Made by a program: the position numbers and the translations under genes. The notes beneath the pieces are model-generated. The model searched no databases. It had not been told where the DNA came from and saw only the letters and a program-made list of their open reading frames with translations. Of a stretch of 64,000 bases of DNA, positions 47,211 to 57,670 are shown in pieces. Source of the DNA: a virus. Taxonomy: Duplodnaviria > Caudoviricetes. The stretch lies in the IMG/VR virus record IMGVR_UViG_3300011868_000001, positions 128,001-192,000 of that record. One strand, 5' to 3'. The stretch's first letter is position 1; each line of letters opens with the position of its first letter.

Positions 47211-47606
47211 CGATATCTTCAAGTAGAGTCGCAACTCTCTACCCCGTGCACTTAAGCACTGCTCCAGGTTTTCCCTGGATGTCGAGACTATATCTTCACC
47301 TTCACCCTGAGGTGGTCAGGTGTCTCCCATTTCGGAACGCTTGTTCCTACGAGGCGCTACCCCCTAGTCGTTGAACCTTCCCCATGCCATTTGGTTTAGG
47401 GGCTTGGCTGCTAAAGGGACTCTTAGAGTCCACGGTTCCCCATTGTATCATCCGTCCCGTTTTCAGACCATGGCTTTGCCTTTCGGCTCGCAGTGGTGGG
47501 ACAGCTTTAGTGGGTTCCAGCAGTTAGAGAGAGATCATTCCATCATTTCGGATGGAAGGGACTTTAAGTCATTACCGAATAGGTAGATATACGGTATTAC
47601 TTGTTA
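47211..47606 (-). ncRNA. Group I self-splicing intron without an endonuclease ORF (396 nt)
   Basis: 5' exon ends in U and the intron ends in G. P element AACUGCUGGAA (47515-47525), R element GUUCAACGACUAG (47364-47376), S element AAGAUAUAGUC (47286-47296), P9 hairpins. Confidence 0.9.
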
Positions 47607-49058
47607 ATCCGCTTGCAACCCCACAAGCTTGGTCGAGTGAGGGGACTGCGTGTCCATATAGGAGGTCGAACCGGTCATGGGAAACTCAAGGGCGACGTGT
47701 TCCTCATCTTCGTAAGGCGCCCAATCATCATCGAGTTCAACACGCCGCTCACCGACCACCGTCGTCTTGACATACACCCGACTGGCATAAATGGAGCGAT
47801 TGCCCGAGATCGGATAACGGCAAATCTGCGCGAAGTATTTGTTCCAGTAGGCATAACCACACAGGTACAGCAACTCAACCAGATTGATCGGCGACACATA
47901 CTTGCGGTCCAGGTGGGCCGGCATGTCATGAATGTCGTAGAAGATCTTAAAGGTGCTATCCGGACCCTTGTAGATCAAGGCCAGGTAGTGTCCCTCAATC
48001 TCAATTGGACGATGACGCATGTCAACCATTTGATAGCGGTCAATGATGCTGTTCAGACCGTCGCGGGTCGTCCAGGTATCACGTACTTCAGGAGGCAGCG
48101 AGACCCAGGTGGGTCGCAGCGTCTGCTTGTCGATCAACTGGGCTTGTCCTTCACCGGACTGGATGCGTTCGCCGAATGTCCGCCGCAAGTGGTGGATGGT
48201 CACCGGCGTCAGGCCCTTGATCACCTGAAAGAGTCCAAGACTGGTGGCATCGAATCCAGGGGCGTTGGTATCGTTCAAGTTGGCAATAGAGGTGTCCATG
48301 ACGGTCAGCACGTTTCGAGTGCCGTAGACCACCCGGCGCGATGCCCACTTGTCCAGAATAAAGCCATTCTTACCAGCCAGCATGCCTTCGATCAACTCGT
48401 AGATTTCCATCATGCAGTTGGTCAGGGCATTGCGGGCGATATCCAGTGCAGGCGACTCCATGTCACTGGTCACCGGAATGGTGTTGCTGATCGACAATGC
48501 CCGATAATAAAGATCGTGGATCTCGTTCTTGGTCACCGCCCCCGTATCACTGATCTCAATGTCCCGTACCCCGGCAGGCAGAATAGGGATGTACTGCGTC
48601 AAGGCCACATCGCGATACTGGTTGATCATCTCGACCCGCATCATGCGTGTCGGGGATTTGCTCTTGCGCAGTTCCAGTTGTGGGAAATGGCGAACAAAAA
48701 AGCTGTAACCGGTCTCAGCCTTTTCCGACTTGTCTGCAATGAAGTCTTTGGTCACCGGATCGAAGATGGCAGTTTCCCGGCCGGCTATAATGCCGCGATA
48801 AATCGACTTCAGACTCATCAGGTCACGGAAGATCTTCGGATGGAAGATTCTCACCTTAAGGTCGAGGTAGGAGAAGTTGCGCCCCCGTTCATCCGACCCG
48901 ACCCGACCAAAGATCTTGGTGGAGTACAGGCCCTCATCGTGGAATTCACTGCTGGCTCCGTCGTAAATGTCGAGACTGGTCACAGGCGTCATTCGACTGA
49001 CCCGTTCCTTTGTCAACACCATGGGCCAGATTTTGGCCGGTACTTCAGCGTAGTTCAT
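47607..49058 (-). CDS. Virion RNAP beta' subunit, exon 1 (phiKZ gp180-like)
   Basis: GLYSTKIFG, GTRNV and RYP motifs; ends LVGLQAD at the intron; spliced product 549 aa. Confidence 0.88.
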
Positions 49059-49142
49059 CGTGCGTACCTGTAAGTTTTTCGGTCGTTTTCGACAGTTGGT
49101 ATGAAGGAGGCTTAGTATTATAAGCCAAATTGGAGAATTTCG

Positions 49143-52100
49143 ATGGCAAAGAAAGACGACATCGACTTGGACAATCTGGGCCTTGACGATTTCGATTTCG
49201 ACATTCCTGAGTGGAATGCAGACGAAGAAGTCGACAGCTCCTCACGCAGTCCAATCGAACGCGTAGTAAAAGGTACCTTGGCTGGCGCCAAGCAAGAGCT
49301 GGCCAGTCCTGCCGCCTTACGTCGTGCACTGTCCATGGCCCTGCCGGAAGGCTATGCCATGGCGGCCGACACCGTTGAGAACGTCTCGACGGATGCCCGA
49401 TCGCTATACGATAAGGTGACGGGAGAGTCTCCCGAGATCGTTCGCGGCAGCAAGAATTTCAGTCGCAAAGCCATGAATATGGTCGGCAACCGAGTGTTGC
49501 CGAAGAAGATTGCAGACCGCATCAACAATGCCCTGACGCAAGATGATGACGACGCTCCGGTTAAATCCTCTGCCGATTACAAGCGCGAGCAGGAAGAAAG
49601 TGAACTGGCAAGCCTGGCAGAAATCTTCAAGGCCTCGACTGCTGCCAACGAAGAACGTGCTCGTCAAGATGGCGTCGAAAACGTTGAGCGTAAAGCGCTT
49701 GACCAAGCTCGGTTTAAAACCAACATCCAGGTACTGACAGCTATCAACCGTAGCATGGCGCGGTTGGTTGGGTATCAGGATAAGGTGACAGCGCGCTACC
49801 AGCAGAAGATGCTGGAGCTTAACTACCGTCAGTTCTCGACCCAGAAGCAGATGCTGGACCTGTTGGTTGAATCGACCTCCAAGCAGAGTCAATTGCTTGA
49901 AACGATTCGGCACAATACAGCGCTGCCTGAAGCGGTAAAGATTCGCGGCAGTGAAATGTTTGGTCAGTTGGCCAAACAACGGTTGATGGGCAATGGTCTT
50001 AACACCATTTCCAACTGGTCTCAGAACTACACCAAGCAGGTGATGGACAACGTCTCCGGCATGGTGCAGGGCTTCCTCGATCCTATTAAGGACGTGGGGG
50101 CTATGACTGAAGGCATGGACATCGACAAGTACGAGATGGGCGGTAACGTCCTAGGGTCGATGATGGGCCAGTCGGTCCGTGATCACGCGGCTATGTTTAT
50201 TGCCCCGTATCTGGCCAAGAACAAGACCATCGCCCGTACCGGTGAGAAGCTTCGCAATACCTTCAGTGGATTGCCGCAGCGCATCAACGAGTATGCTCAG
50301 TCTGAAACTGAAGGCACTGGCTTTAAGTCTGTGGCAACACAGATGTTCAAAACATTCCTGCCCAAGTTCGTACTCGATTCACGTCCTGGCGGTGTATCGG
50401 TTGATCAGCTGGATGAAATGGATAAGTTCGATAAGATCGCCCGGCGGTCGTTGATCGAGATTATCCCTGGATACCTGTCTGAAATTGCTCACTGGAGCCG
50501 TATCGCTGTAACTGGCGAGAAAGACAGTGAGAAGAAGGTTTACAACGTTGTTCGCGGTGGCTTTACCAGCGAGAAAGAACAACTTAAGGATGTGGGTCGT
50601 CAGATCATGTCGCGTTCGGAACGTGACTCTCTGCGCAGCGCCGCGGATGAATTCCTTAAGATGATCGGTGGGGACATCATGTCCTCTAAGGCACAGCGAT
50701 CCCTTAAGCGCAAGCTTTTGGATGAACTGGCCAATGGACGCGATCTGGTTCCCAAGCGGTTAGCTGATCCGGCACAGTACCCGAACGAAGACGTTGCCGT
50801 GGTTGATGAAATCACGTCGCTTATTGTCGATGCGTTCGGTCTCGATTACGACGGCAATCTGACCGACAGTAGCGAGGAAGGGTTACGGCGCATCAACAAC
50901 ATCCGTGATCAGTTCTTGCGGATGTCGAGCATGATCCCTGCCAGCGGTGATCGCATCCGCGTGCTGGGTGATGTGCTGGGTAAAGACAGTCTGCGTAAGT
51001 TGGGTTACATCGAGCGCCAAGGCCGAGAAGACCGCATCAATTACGATAAAATCTGGAGCTCGGTACTCGATGAAGATGATGAATCAAGCGAAGGCGGAGC
51101 TTCGCAAGGCGGCCCGAATGGTAATAATCGCCGTGGTGTCCGTCTTAATAGTGTTTTTGGCGCTCCTGAAGTTCGTGGCGATCTCGCCAATCGCGCTAGT
51201 CGAGCTGATCGTGCACGTGCTCAAGGGGATGCCCCAACCACCCGCCGAGGGCTCGAAAGATACCTAGGTGACAAGAGCACCCTGATCACGCTGATTCGTG
51301 AATCGCGGGACTTCCACTCGGAGACGGTGGAATTGCTCAAGGCACTGAAACAAGGCGGGTGCACCCCAGTCAGCAACGGCTCGGGGTTGTACGACACCAA
51401 TACCAGTCGGATCAAGGCCCTGCGTGAATTCATGACGCAGAAAGCCACTCACGTGAGCATGAAGACTGGTGAGTTCGTCGACAAGGGTCAGAAGCTGGCA
51501 GGTGATGCTGTTCGTGAAGCCAAGGACATGTGGATACAGGGTGAGGACCATCCTCGACTGCAAGAATGGCGCCTGAAGGCAGGTGAGTATCGCGACAAAG
51601 CCACAGGTGAAGTGCTCAAGCGCTGGGAGGACATCCAAGGTGATGTCATCGACCTGAAAGGCAGGACAGTGGCACGGTACAACGAGATCATGGAAGATGG
51701 CGTGATTGCTGATTATAAAGGCAAGATCTTTAAACGTGCCGCCGACGTCATGGGGCGGTTCAAGGGATCGAAAGCCGGGGCGATGACCGCCAGTGCTATT
51801 GCTGGTGCTCAAACTCGACTGGCACCGGTCGCTGAACACATCGACGATCTCCGTCAGAGTGAATCGTTTGATGAATTCACGGACAAGTTTGGACGCAAGG
51901 TTGGTAAGGTTGGCAAGAGCGCATCTGATGCAGCCAGTAAACAAGCCCGCAAGTTCAAGCCACGTGCAACGCGCCTCATGCGGTTCTTCCGCAGTGATAA
52001 AGCCGACGCCGATATCTCGGGGCAACTGACCGGGAACCCGCAAGAAGATACCGTGACGCTACTCATGCGTTCGGTGCAATTGCAATTTGAAACCCTGAAG

Positions 52101-55100
52101 CAGGTCACTCCTGAAAAGATCCGTAAAGGCTCGTTCCAGGAAATGTTCTCCCGTCGTCAAGATATGATGGACAAGGCCAAGGATAAGGTTAAGAGCAAGT
52201 ATGACGATGTTCAGGGCCTGTTCGCTAAAGGTGGTTTGCTTTCCGGCTTGTTGAGTCGGTTGGGTAAGAATGGCGAAGAAGACGGGGGCGGCGATGGCGG
52301 CATCAACATCGACTATATGGACATGGGCGGTGATAGCGACAAGAAGAAACGGAGTCGTAACAAGACCAAGAACCCGAGCAAACCACGCGGTAAACTCGGG
52401 AAGGCTTGGGACTTCACCAAACGCTGGGGCAACAAAGGTTTGGATAAGATGGGGCGCTTTGGACAAGGGCTGCGCCTCGGTGGTCGCGTTGTTGGTGGTG
52501 CTGCTAAACTGGGTTGGGGTGCAACCAAGCTCATGGGCAAAGGCCTCGGCTTGGGATGGAAAGCTGCGAAGTTTGCCGTAACCAATCCCCTGACTCGAAT
52601 GGTCGTAGGAACCGCCGGGCGTGTAGCACTAGGTGCCGTGATGGGTGCCGCGGGACTTGTCAGTGCACCTGTACTGGCTGGTGTGGCGATTGCAGGCACT
52701 GCAATTGCGGCAGGGGCATACATCTACGGGGCAACTCGGGATAAGCTTCCTCCATTGACGCGACTGCGCATGGTGCAATACGGCATCAACCCCAAACCTG
52801 AAAGCACTGACGTGACCACGATGCTGGAGCTGGAAAAGCTCTTCGCTAAATACACCTCGGTGGATTCTGACGGTAAGGCCAAGATCGATGTCCAGTCCGT
52901 GCCGTTCGAAGCTGTAGCCGGGGTGCTGAAGCTTAACATCAGTACGCCAGAAGGCCAACCCCATGTAGAACGGGCGATGAACTACCTGAGAAACCGCTTC
53001 GCCGCGGTCTATCTGACTCACGTCTCGAACTACTACGTCCTGACCAAGTCACTGGATCTCTCGCAGATCGATGGCAAGGTAACAGGTAAGGCAGCACTGG
53101 ACTTTGTAAGTAAGGTGTCGCTCAAGGATCGGCCTGAAGTATTCGAGGACATGGTAGGTCCGTTGGAAGACGGCGAACTGTCACAAGACGGTGGTGATGT
53201 AGAAGACACAGTCGATGACGTCAAAAGCGAAATCGAAAAGGCGATGAAGAAAGAAGGTGAGCACAAGTCACCTGCCGAACAACACGCCGAGGCTGCAAAG
53301 GCCAGTGTCGCAGCCGGTACCGCTACCGCTGTAGCAGGCAGTGCCTTGAAAGGGGTATCGGGTGGAACGGCTGTCCAGTCCAATACACCCACTGCAGCGA
53401 GCAACCTCAATACCGGTAACAAACATCAGGCGCAAGCAGTCTCGAATGCGGTGATGACCACAGCGGTAGCCGGTACAGGTGCCGCCGCCATTGCTACCAT
53501 TATCGCCAACCGTGACACCACGATCGATGATGGTAAAGCAGTGCGTTATCGCGTTTACGGCCTGACGGAACTGGCCGAGTCTAAAGTGGCACAACTCGCT
53601 ACCCTGGAAGGACTCCTGTGGTCGCTGGTCAAGTACGACACGGACAAGCGGGCTGGGATTGACCCTGTGCAACTGCAGGCGGCCTATCTGGATGCAGAGC
53701 GCATCTTCTCGCCAATCGGTGAGGAGGCACAAAGCTTCTACGTGTGGTTCCATCGTCGTTTCATGTCGACCTTCCTTGCATACTGCACCAGTGTGCGGGC
53801 ACGGGCAAACATCGATGCCATGGACGCAGCAAAACGCCTCAAGCCACAAGAGTTGCTGGAAGTCTTGAGAGAGACTGCCAACGCGCGTGACAACGCCGGC
53901 ATCTCGGTTTGGGACATCGAGGAGTCGCCTTGGAAAGGCTATTACCTTAACGATGAAGTGGCCACTGTCAACGACGCGCTGTACAACCTTTCGCTTAAGG
54001 TCAAGGACAAGACCCTGCAAGAACCCGAATCTGTTCAGAAAGGCCGCGTTCGTGGTCCGAATGGTGAAGTGATTGAACAGGACCCGACCCAGGTTAATCG
54101 TCCAGCGTCGGCCAGTGGAACAGCACCCGGCGCCCCAGGCTCCGGCAATGCCAAAGAGGAAACCGGTGGCGCACTGTCGAACTTCTGGTCAGGTGTCAAG
54201 TCAGGGTTCAGCAGTCTGTTTGGAAATGATTCCAAGGCACCACAGCAAGGAGGCATCAACGCACAAGGACAGATGACCGCACCAGGCGGATCAGGCCCTA
54301 ACACACTGCCTTCGGGCACACCGATTCAGCATCCGGGCGGTGGTTCAGGCGGAAACGTCAATGACATCCCGATGCCAAAAGGTGATGGTTGGGAAGCCAA
54401 TCGGGAAACGCTGATGGCAGCTGCTAACATGGTCGGTATCGACCCCTTGTTGGCCGCGAGCATCGCGGGGGTGGAATCAGGCTTCCGGCCAAACGCTATC
54501 CCGTATCGCAATGCCAAGAACCCATCGGCCGGTGTCCTGTCTTCGGCTGCAAGTTACTACCAGGTCATTAAAGGGACATGGAAATCTCTGATGGCCAAGT
54601 ACGCAGCTAAGTACGGCATCAACCCTGCTACAACGCAACACGACCCACGTGCTAACGCACTCTTGGGCCTTGAGTACATCAAGGAAAACATTGGCGTCAT
54701 CCAGAAGGTTAAATCCGATGTGACCGACACCGATGTCTACTTGGCGCACTTCTTGGGTCCGGGCGGTGCTCGCCGGTTCCTCTCGGCTCCGCCGGGTGAC
54801 CTGGCAATCAACCATGTGGGCGCAGATCAAGCGCGGGCGAATCCGGCCATCTTCTACGATCGTTCGGGTAAGCCGCGTACAGTTGCTGCCGTCTACAAGG
54901 ACTTTGACGACAAACTGAAAAAGCATCGCAAGTCGGACGCTACGCAAATTGCTCAGTCGCTTAAAACCGGCGGTGCAATTCAAGCGGTGGCATCCAGCGG
55001 TGAAGAAGGCAATGCCAGCGAAACCCCGGCTACCACAAGTACACCTGGGTTTGAGGTTGCAGACGCTACCATGCCATCCATGGTTAAGCCAGCTTCGCTG

Positions 55101-55490
55101 ACTACGTCTAATACTGTGGCAGAAGCTTCGACCACTGTCGACACGACCAACCTTGCTGAACGTGCTGATGCACGTCAGACTCAGAACAGCACCGCTGGGC
55201 TGATGGTCGCTGCGCGAACAGCCGAAGTTCAAAGCTCGACACAAACCAAAGCTGCAACCGACACCTTCGGGGGTCTGGACAGCAACCTTGAACGATTGGT
55301 TGGCGTTAACGAATCTCAGCTTGAACAGTTGATGACCCTCGTAAGCCTCGTCCAACAAGGGGGTGCGATGACTGGTAACGGTAACGGGCAACAACAGCTC
55401 GTGGCTCAAGCCGGTAAGACCGCCCAAAACCCTGTGATCAACACCCCGAAACCAGCAACACGGGGTACGGTCTCAGTCAGTCGAGTGTAA
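49143..55490 (+). CDS. Tail tape-measure-like protein with a C-terminal lytic transglycosylase domain (phiKZ gp181-like)
   Basis: 2115 aa; SLT motifs IAGVESGF, YQVIKGTW and YLAHFLGPGGA; Gly/Ala-rich hydrophobic stretch. Confidence 0.85.
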   Translation: MAKKDDIDLDNLGLDDFDFDIPEWNADEEVDSSSRSPIERVVKGTLAGAKQELASPAALRRALSMALPEGYAMAADTVENVSTDARSLYDKVTGESPEIVRGSKNFSRKAMNMVGNRVLPKKIADRINNALTQDDDDAPVKSSADYKREQEESELASLAEIFKASTAANEERARQDGVENVERKALDQARFKTNIQVLTAINRSMARLVGYQDKVTARYQQKMLELNYRQFSTQKQMLDLLVESTSKQSQLLETIRHNTALPEAVKIRGSEMFGQLAKQRLMGNGLNTISNWSQNYTKQVMDNVSGMVQGFLDPIKDVGAMTEGMDIDKYEMGGNVLGSMMGQSVRDHAAMFIAPYLAKNKTIARTGEKLRNTFSGLPQRINEYAQSETEGTGFKSVATQMFKTFLPKFVLDSRPGGVSVDQLDEMDKFDKIARRSLIEIIPGYLSEIAHWSRIAVTGEKDSEKKVYNVVRGGFTSEKEQLKDVGRQIMSRSERDSLRSAADEFLKMIGGDIMSSKAQRSLKRKLLDELANGRDLVPKRLADPAQYPNEDVAVVDEITSLIVDAFGLDYDGNLTDSSEEGLRRINNIRDQFLRMSSMIPASGDRIRVLGDVLGKDSLRKLGYIERQGREDRINYDKIWSSVLDEDDESSEGGASQGGPNGNNRRGVRLNSVFGAPEVRGDLANRASRADRARAQGDAPTTRRGLERYLGDKSTLITLIRESRDFHSETVELLKALKQGGCTPVSNGSGLYDTNTSRIKALREFMTQKATHVSMKTGEFVDKGQKLAGDAVREAKDMWIQGEDHPRLQEWRLKAGEYRDKATGEVLKRWEDIQGDVIDLKGRTVARYNEIMEDGVIADYKGKIFKRAADVMGRFKGSKAGAMTASAIAGAQTRLAPVAEHIDDLRQSESFDEFTDKFGRKVGKVGKSASDAASKQARKFKPRATRLMRFFRSDKADADISGQLTGNPQEDTVTLLMRSVQLQFETLKQVTPEKIRKGSFQEMFSRRQDMMDKAKDKVKSKYDDVQGLFAKGGLLSGLLSRLGKNGEEDGGGDGGINIDYMDMGGDSDKKKRSRNKTKNPSKPRGKLGKAWDFTKRWGNKGLDKMGRFGQGLRLGGRVVGGAAKLGWGATKLMGKGLGLGWKAAKFAVTNPLTRMVVGTAGRVALGAVMGAAGLVSAPVLAGVAIAGTAIAAGAYIYGATRDKLPPLTRLRMVQYGINPKPESTDVTTMLELEKLFAKYTSVDSDGKAKIDVQSVPFEAVAGVLKLNISTPEGQPHVERAMNYLRNRFAAVYLTHVSNYYVLTKSLDLSQIDGKVTGKAALDFVSKVSLKDRPEVFEDMVGPLEDGELSQDGGDVEDTVDDVKSEIEKAMKKEGEHKSPAEQHAEAAKASVAAGTATAVAGSALKGVSGGTAVQSNTPTAASNLNTGNKHQAQAVSNAVMTTAVAGTGAAAIATIIANRDTTIDDGKAVRYRVYGLTELAESKVAQLATLEGLLWSLVKYDTDKRAGIDPVQLQAAYLDAERIFSPIGEEAQSFYVWFHRRFMSTFLAYCTSVRARANIDAMDAAKRLKPQELLEVLRETANARDNAGISVWDIEESPWKGYYLNDEVATVNDALYNLSLKVKDKTLQEPESVQKGRVRGPNGEVIEQDPTQVNRPASASGTAPGAPGSGNAKEETGGALSNFWSGVKSGFSSLFGNDSKAPQQGGINAQGQMTAPGGSGPNTLPSGTPIQHPGGGSGGNVNDIPMPKGDGWEANRETLMAAANMVGIDPLLAASIAGVESGFRPNAIPYRNAKNPSAGVLSSAASYYQVIKGTWKSLMAKYAAKYGINPATTQHDPRANALLGLEYIKENIGVIQKVKSDVTDTDVYLAHFLGPGGARRFLSAPPGDLAINHVGADQARANPAIFYDRSGKPRTVAAVYKDFDDKLKKHRKSDATQIAQSLKTGGAIQAVASSGEEGNASETPATTSTPGFEVADATMPSMVKPASLTTSNTVAEASTTVDTTNLAERADARQTQNSTAGLMVAARTAEVQSSTQTKAATDTFGGLDSNLERLVGVNESQLEQLMTLVSLVQQGGAMTGNGNGQQQLVAQAGKTAQNPVINTPKPATRGTVSVSRV

Positions 55491-55549
55491 CTATACCGGG
55501 TGAGGGGGTGACCCCTCACTCCTATTTTCGTTCATCAGAGGTCGTGTAA

Positions 55550-57628
55550 ATGGATAACATCTTAGATGACAGCTGGGTGAAATCGGCATTCTTGTTGCCA
55601 TCGGATGCTATCATCGGTGGTAATGAAGCGGTGGTTAACCGCATCTATTCAACATCGATGCAAAAGGCCAGTGACACTACACTGGGAGGTAACTTTGTCA
55701 TCAACCCGTTGCCTCAGTTCACCCGCTACGCCGATTTGAAACACAACGTATTCTCCAGTGCCCATGCACGCGGCAAGACCGTCCTGGTGCCGAAAGTCTC
55801 CAGAAGCAACGAGACCAACTCGACTTCCAGTAACGGCATGGGTAGAACCTACAGCGAGAAGATCGATGACAACATGCAAGTTGTCCACTTCCGCATGGGG
55901 TTTCCGACATTCAACAGCATGTCGTCGTTTTATTCGAACTACTATTCGATTCCTGCAGCCAGCATGGCCCGTGCAGGGCGAGCGCCTGGGTTCTTCTATA
56001 CCCTTGGCTGGACGATGGGATCGATTGCTACCATTCCGCTGATGCCATTCATCCTGGGCGGGAAAGTCCTGAAGTTCTTCCTGCGCCGCCCGGCGAGTAA
56101 GTACTATTACTTGAAGCCTTCGATGCTGCCCTACTGGACAGCCGTCTCGTCCATGGTCAATGGTGTCGCTGCTAACATGGGGGTCATCCCACGTCCGATC
56201 TATGAAGGCGCCAAACACCTGCACAACAAAGAAGACGGGATCGATCGCCGGGACATCGACGAATACGCCCGCCTGATCCCAACGATCTACCGTAAGGACG
56301 GTGGTCTGGATGTCTTTGCCATTGCGCAACGTGGACAGCGTCTGGTCAATGCTCGCCAGCAACTGCTTAACAATGAGCTCAAGGACATGACCAGTAAGGA
56401 GCAGATCAAAGAGACTTTCAAACGCCGTCTGTACGGTGATGATCTGGGTGCTGTCTTCGACAACATGCGTAACAACTCCAATGCGACGCTTGAAGCATAC
56501 ACCCAGTTGTGGCGTGACAATGAAATGCTGGGCAAGATGAGTAATGAAGATGCACAGGCCAACCGCGATACCTTGGAAAAGGAAAAGCGTCTGGATGACG
56601 GCCTGATCAACCAGCTGGAAGAGGCCTTCTTGGCAGAAGCTCGCATGGGCTCGGAGTTCCTGAGCCTACGTGTAGATTTCACCGGCACTCAGACAGAGTC
56701 GTTTAGCAACTCGACTAAAGACGCCTCCATTGGTCAGCAGATCAACTCGATTTCAGCCAGTGCACGTGAGACCCGGTTCAGCATGTTCGACGGTAACATC
56801 GACGGGGGTGGTGTAGCCGATGCGGCATTCGGGGCGTTGAAGGACTTTGCTGCCGGGGTTTCTCAAGGTCTGGGTATTCAGGGTCTGGCGCAGCTGGCAG
56901 GTTCGGCATTCGTCGACATCCCCAAAGTCTGGGACAACTCCAGCTGTGACTTTAACAAACTCACGCTCAACATCCCGCTGCGTTCACCTTATGGCGATCC
57001 AATCTCACGTCTGCAGAACCTGATCCTGCCAATGTGCTGCATCTTTGCCATGTCGGTGCCATTGGCCACCGGTAAGCAATCGCACACCGCACCTTTCCTG
57101 ATTGAGTACTTTGCCCAAGGCCGTGCTCACTCTCGCTTGGCGATTGTTGACTCACTGACCATTACCCGTGGTCAGGGCGACATCGGTTGGAACAACAACG
57201 GTGGGTTCTTGGGTGTGGACATCCAGTTGGGGTTGCTCGATCTCTCCAATGCCATCAACATGCCGATCAACCCGGCATTTGAATTCTCCGACCGAGTCAT
57301 TCAGGCCGCAGGCTACGGAATTGGTAAAGGAGTAGGCTGGTTGACGCAGAGTGACCTTGATGTGGCCAATATCGGTACGGCCGCCGCCAGCTTGATGTTG
57401 GGTTCGACGTACGATGACGATAACAACTACACGGACTACTTGGCGATTTTGGCAGGTCTGCCATTGGAAGCTGAGATCAATAGTCTGCGTAAATGGGCTG
57501 TCCGCCTGGCTCGCCAGCAAGCCGCCTTCGACGACGCCAAGTCGCCTGAGCGCGCTGCCATGTGGGCCATGTCCGGTATGATTGGTGAAGGTGCTAAAGC
57601 CATTGCCATGGCAACCGGTCGTCAATGA
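55550..57628 (+). CDS. Virion tail/baseplate protein (phiKZ gp182-like)
   Basis: 692 aa following gp181-like; DTTLGGNFVINPLPQFTRYAD and LRSPYGD. Confidence 0.7.
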   Translation: MDNILDDSWVKSAFLLPSDAIIGGNEAVVNRIYSTSMQKASDTTLGGNFVINPLPQFTRYADLKHNVFSSAHARGKTVLVPKVSRSNETNSTSSNGMGRTYSEKIDDNMQVVHFRMGFPTFNSMSSFYSNYYSIPAASMARAGRAPGFFYTLGWTMGSIATIPLMPFILGGKVLKFFLRRPASKYYYLKPSMLPYWTAVSSMVNGVAANMGVIPRPIYEGAKHLHNKEDGIDRRDIDEYARLIPTIYRKDGGLDVFAIAQRGQRLVNARQQLLNNELKDMTSKEQIKETFKRRLYGDDLGAVFDNMRNNSNATLEAYTQLWRDNEMLGKMSNEDAQANRDTLEKEKRLDDGLINQLEEAFLAEARMGSEFLSLRVDFTGTQTESFSNSTKDASIGQQINSISASARETRFSMFDGNIDGGGVADAAFGALKDFAAGVSQGLGIQGLAQLAGSAFVDIPKVWDNSSCDFNKLTLNIPLRSPYGDPISRLQNLILPMCCIFAMSVPLATGKQSHTAPFLIEYFAQGRAHSRLAIVDSLTITRGQGDIGWNNNGGFLGVDIQLGLLDLSNAINMPINPAFEFSDRVIQAAGYGIGKGVGWLTQSDLDVANIGTAAASLMLGSTYDDDNNYTDYLAILAGLPLEAEINSLRKWAVRLARQQAAFDDAKSPERAAMWAMSGMIGEGAKAIAMATGRQ

Positions 57629-57634
57629 TGACAA

Positions 57635-57670
57635 CATACAGCCCAGGGCAACTGCCCTGGGCTGTATGCC
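57635..57670. terminator. Bidirectional hairpin with CATA/TATGC ends
   Basis: CATACAGCCCAGGGCA-ac-TGCCCTGGGCTGTATGCC between convergent genes. Confidence 0.75.

Noticed and set aside
47013-47234. Stand-alone 73-aa ORF (MRLYLKISFDGD...)
   Set aside because: Its first 8 codons lie inside the intron; the rest is exon 2 of the beta' gene.
47371-47586. 71-aa ORF inside the intron as a possible homing endonuclease
   Set aside because: Wrong strand, too short, and no HNH, GIY-YIG or LAGLIDADG motif.
47604-47606. Premature TAA as a pseudogene or stop-codon recoding
   Set aside because: Explained by the intron; other genes terminate normally under the standard code.
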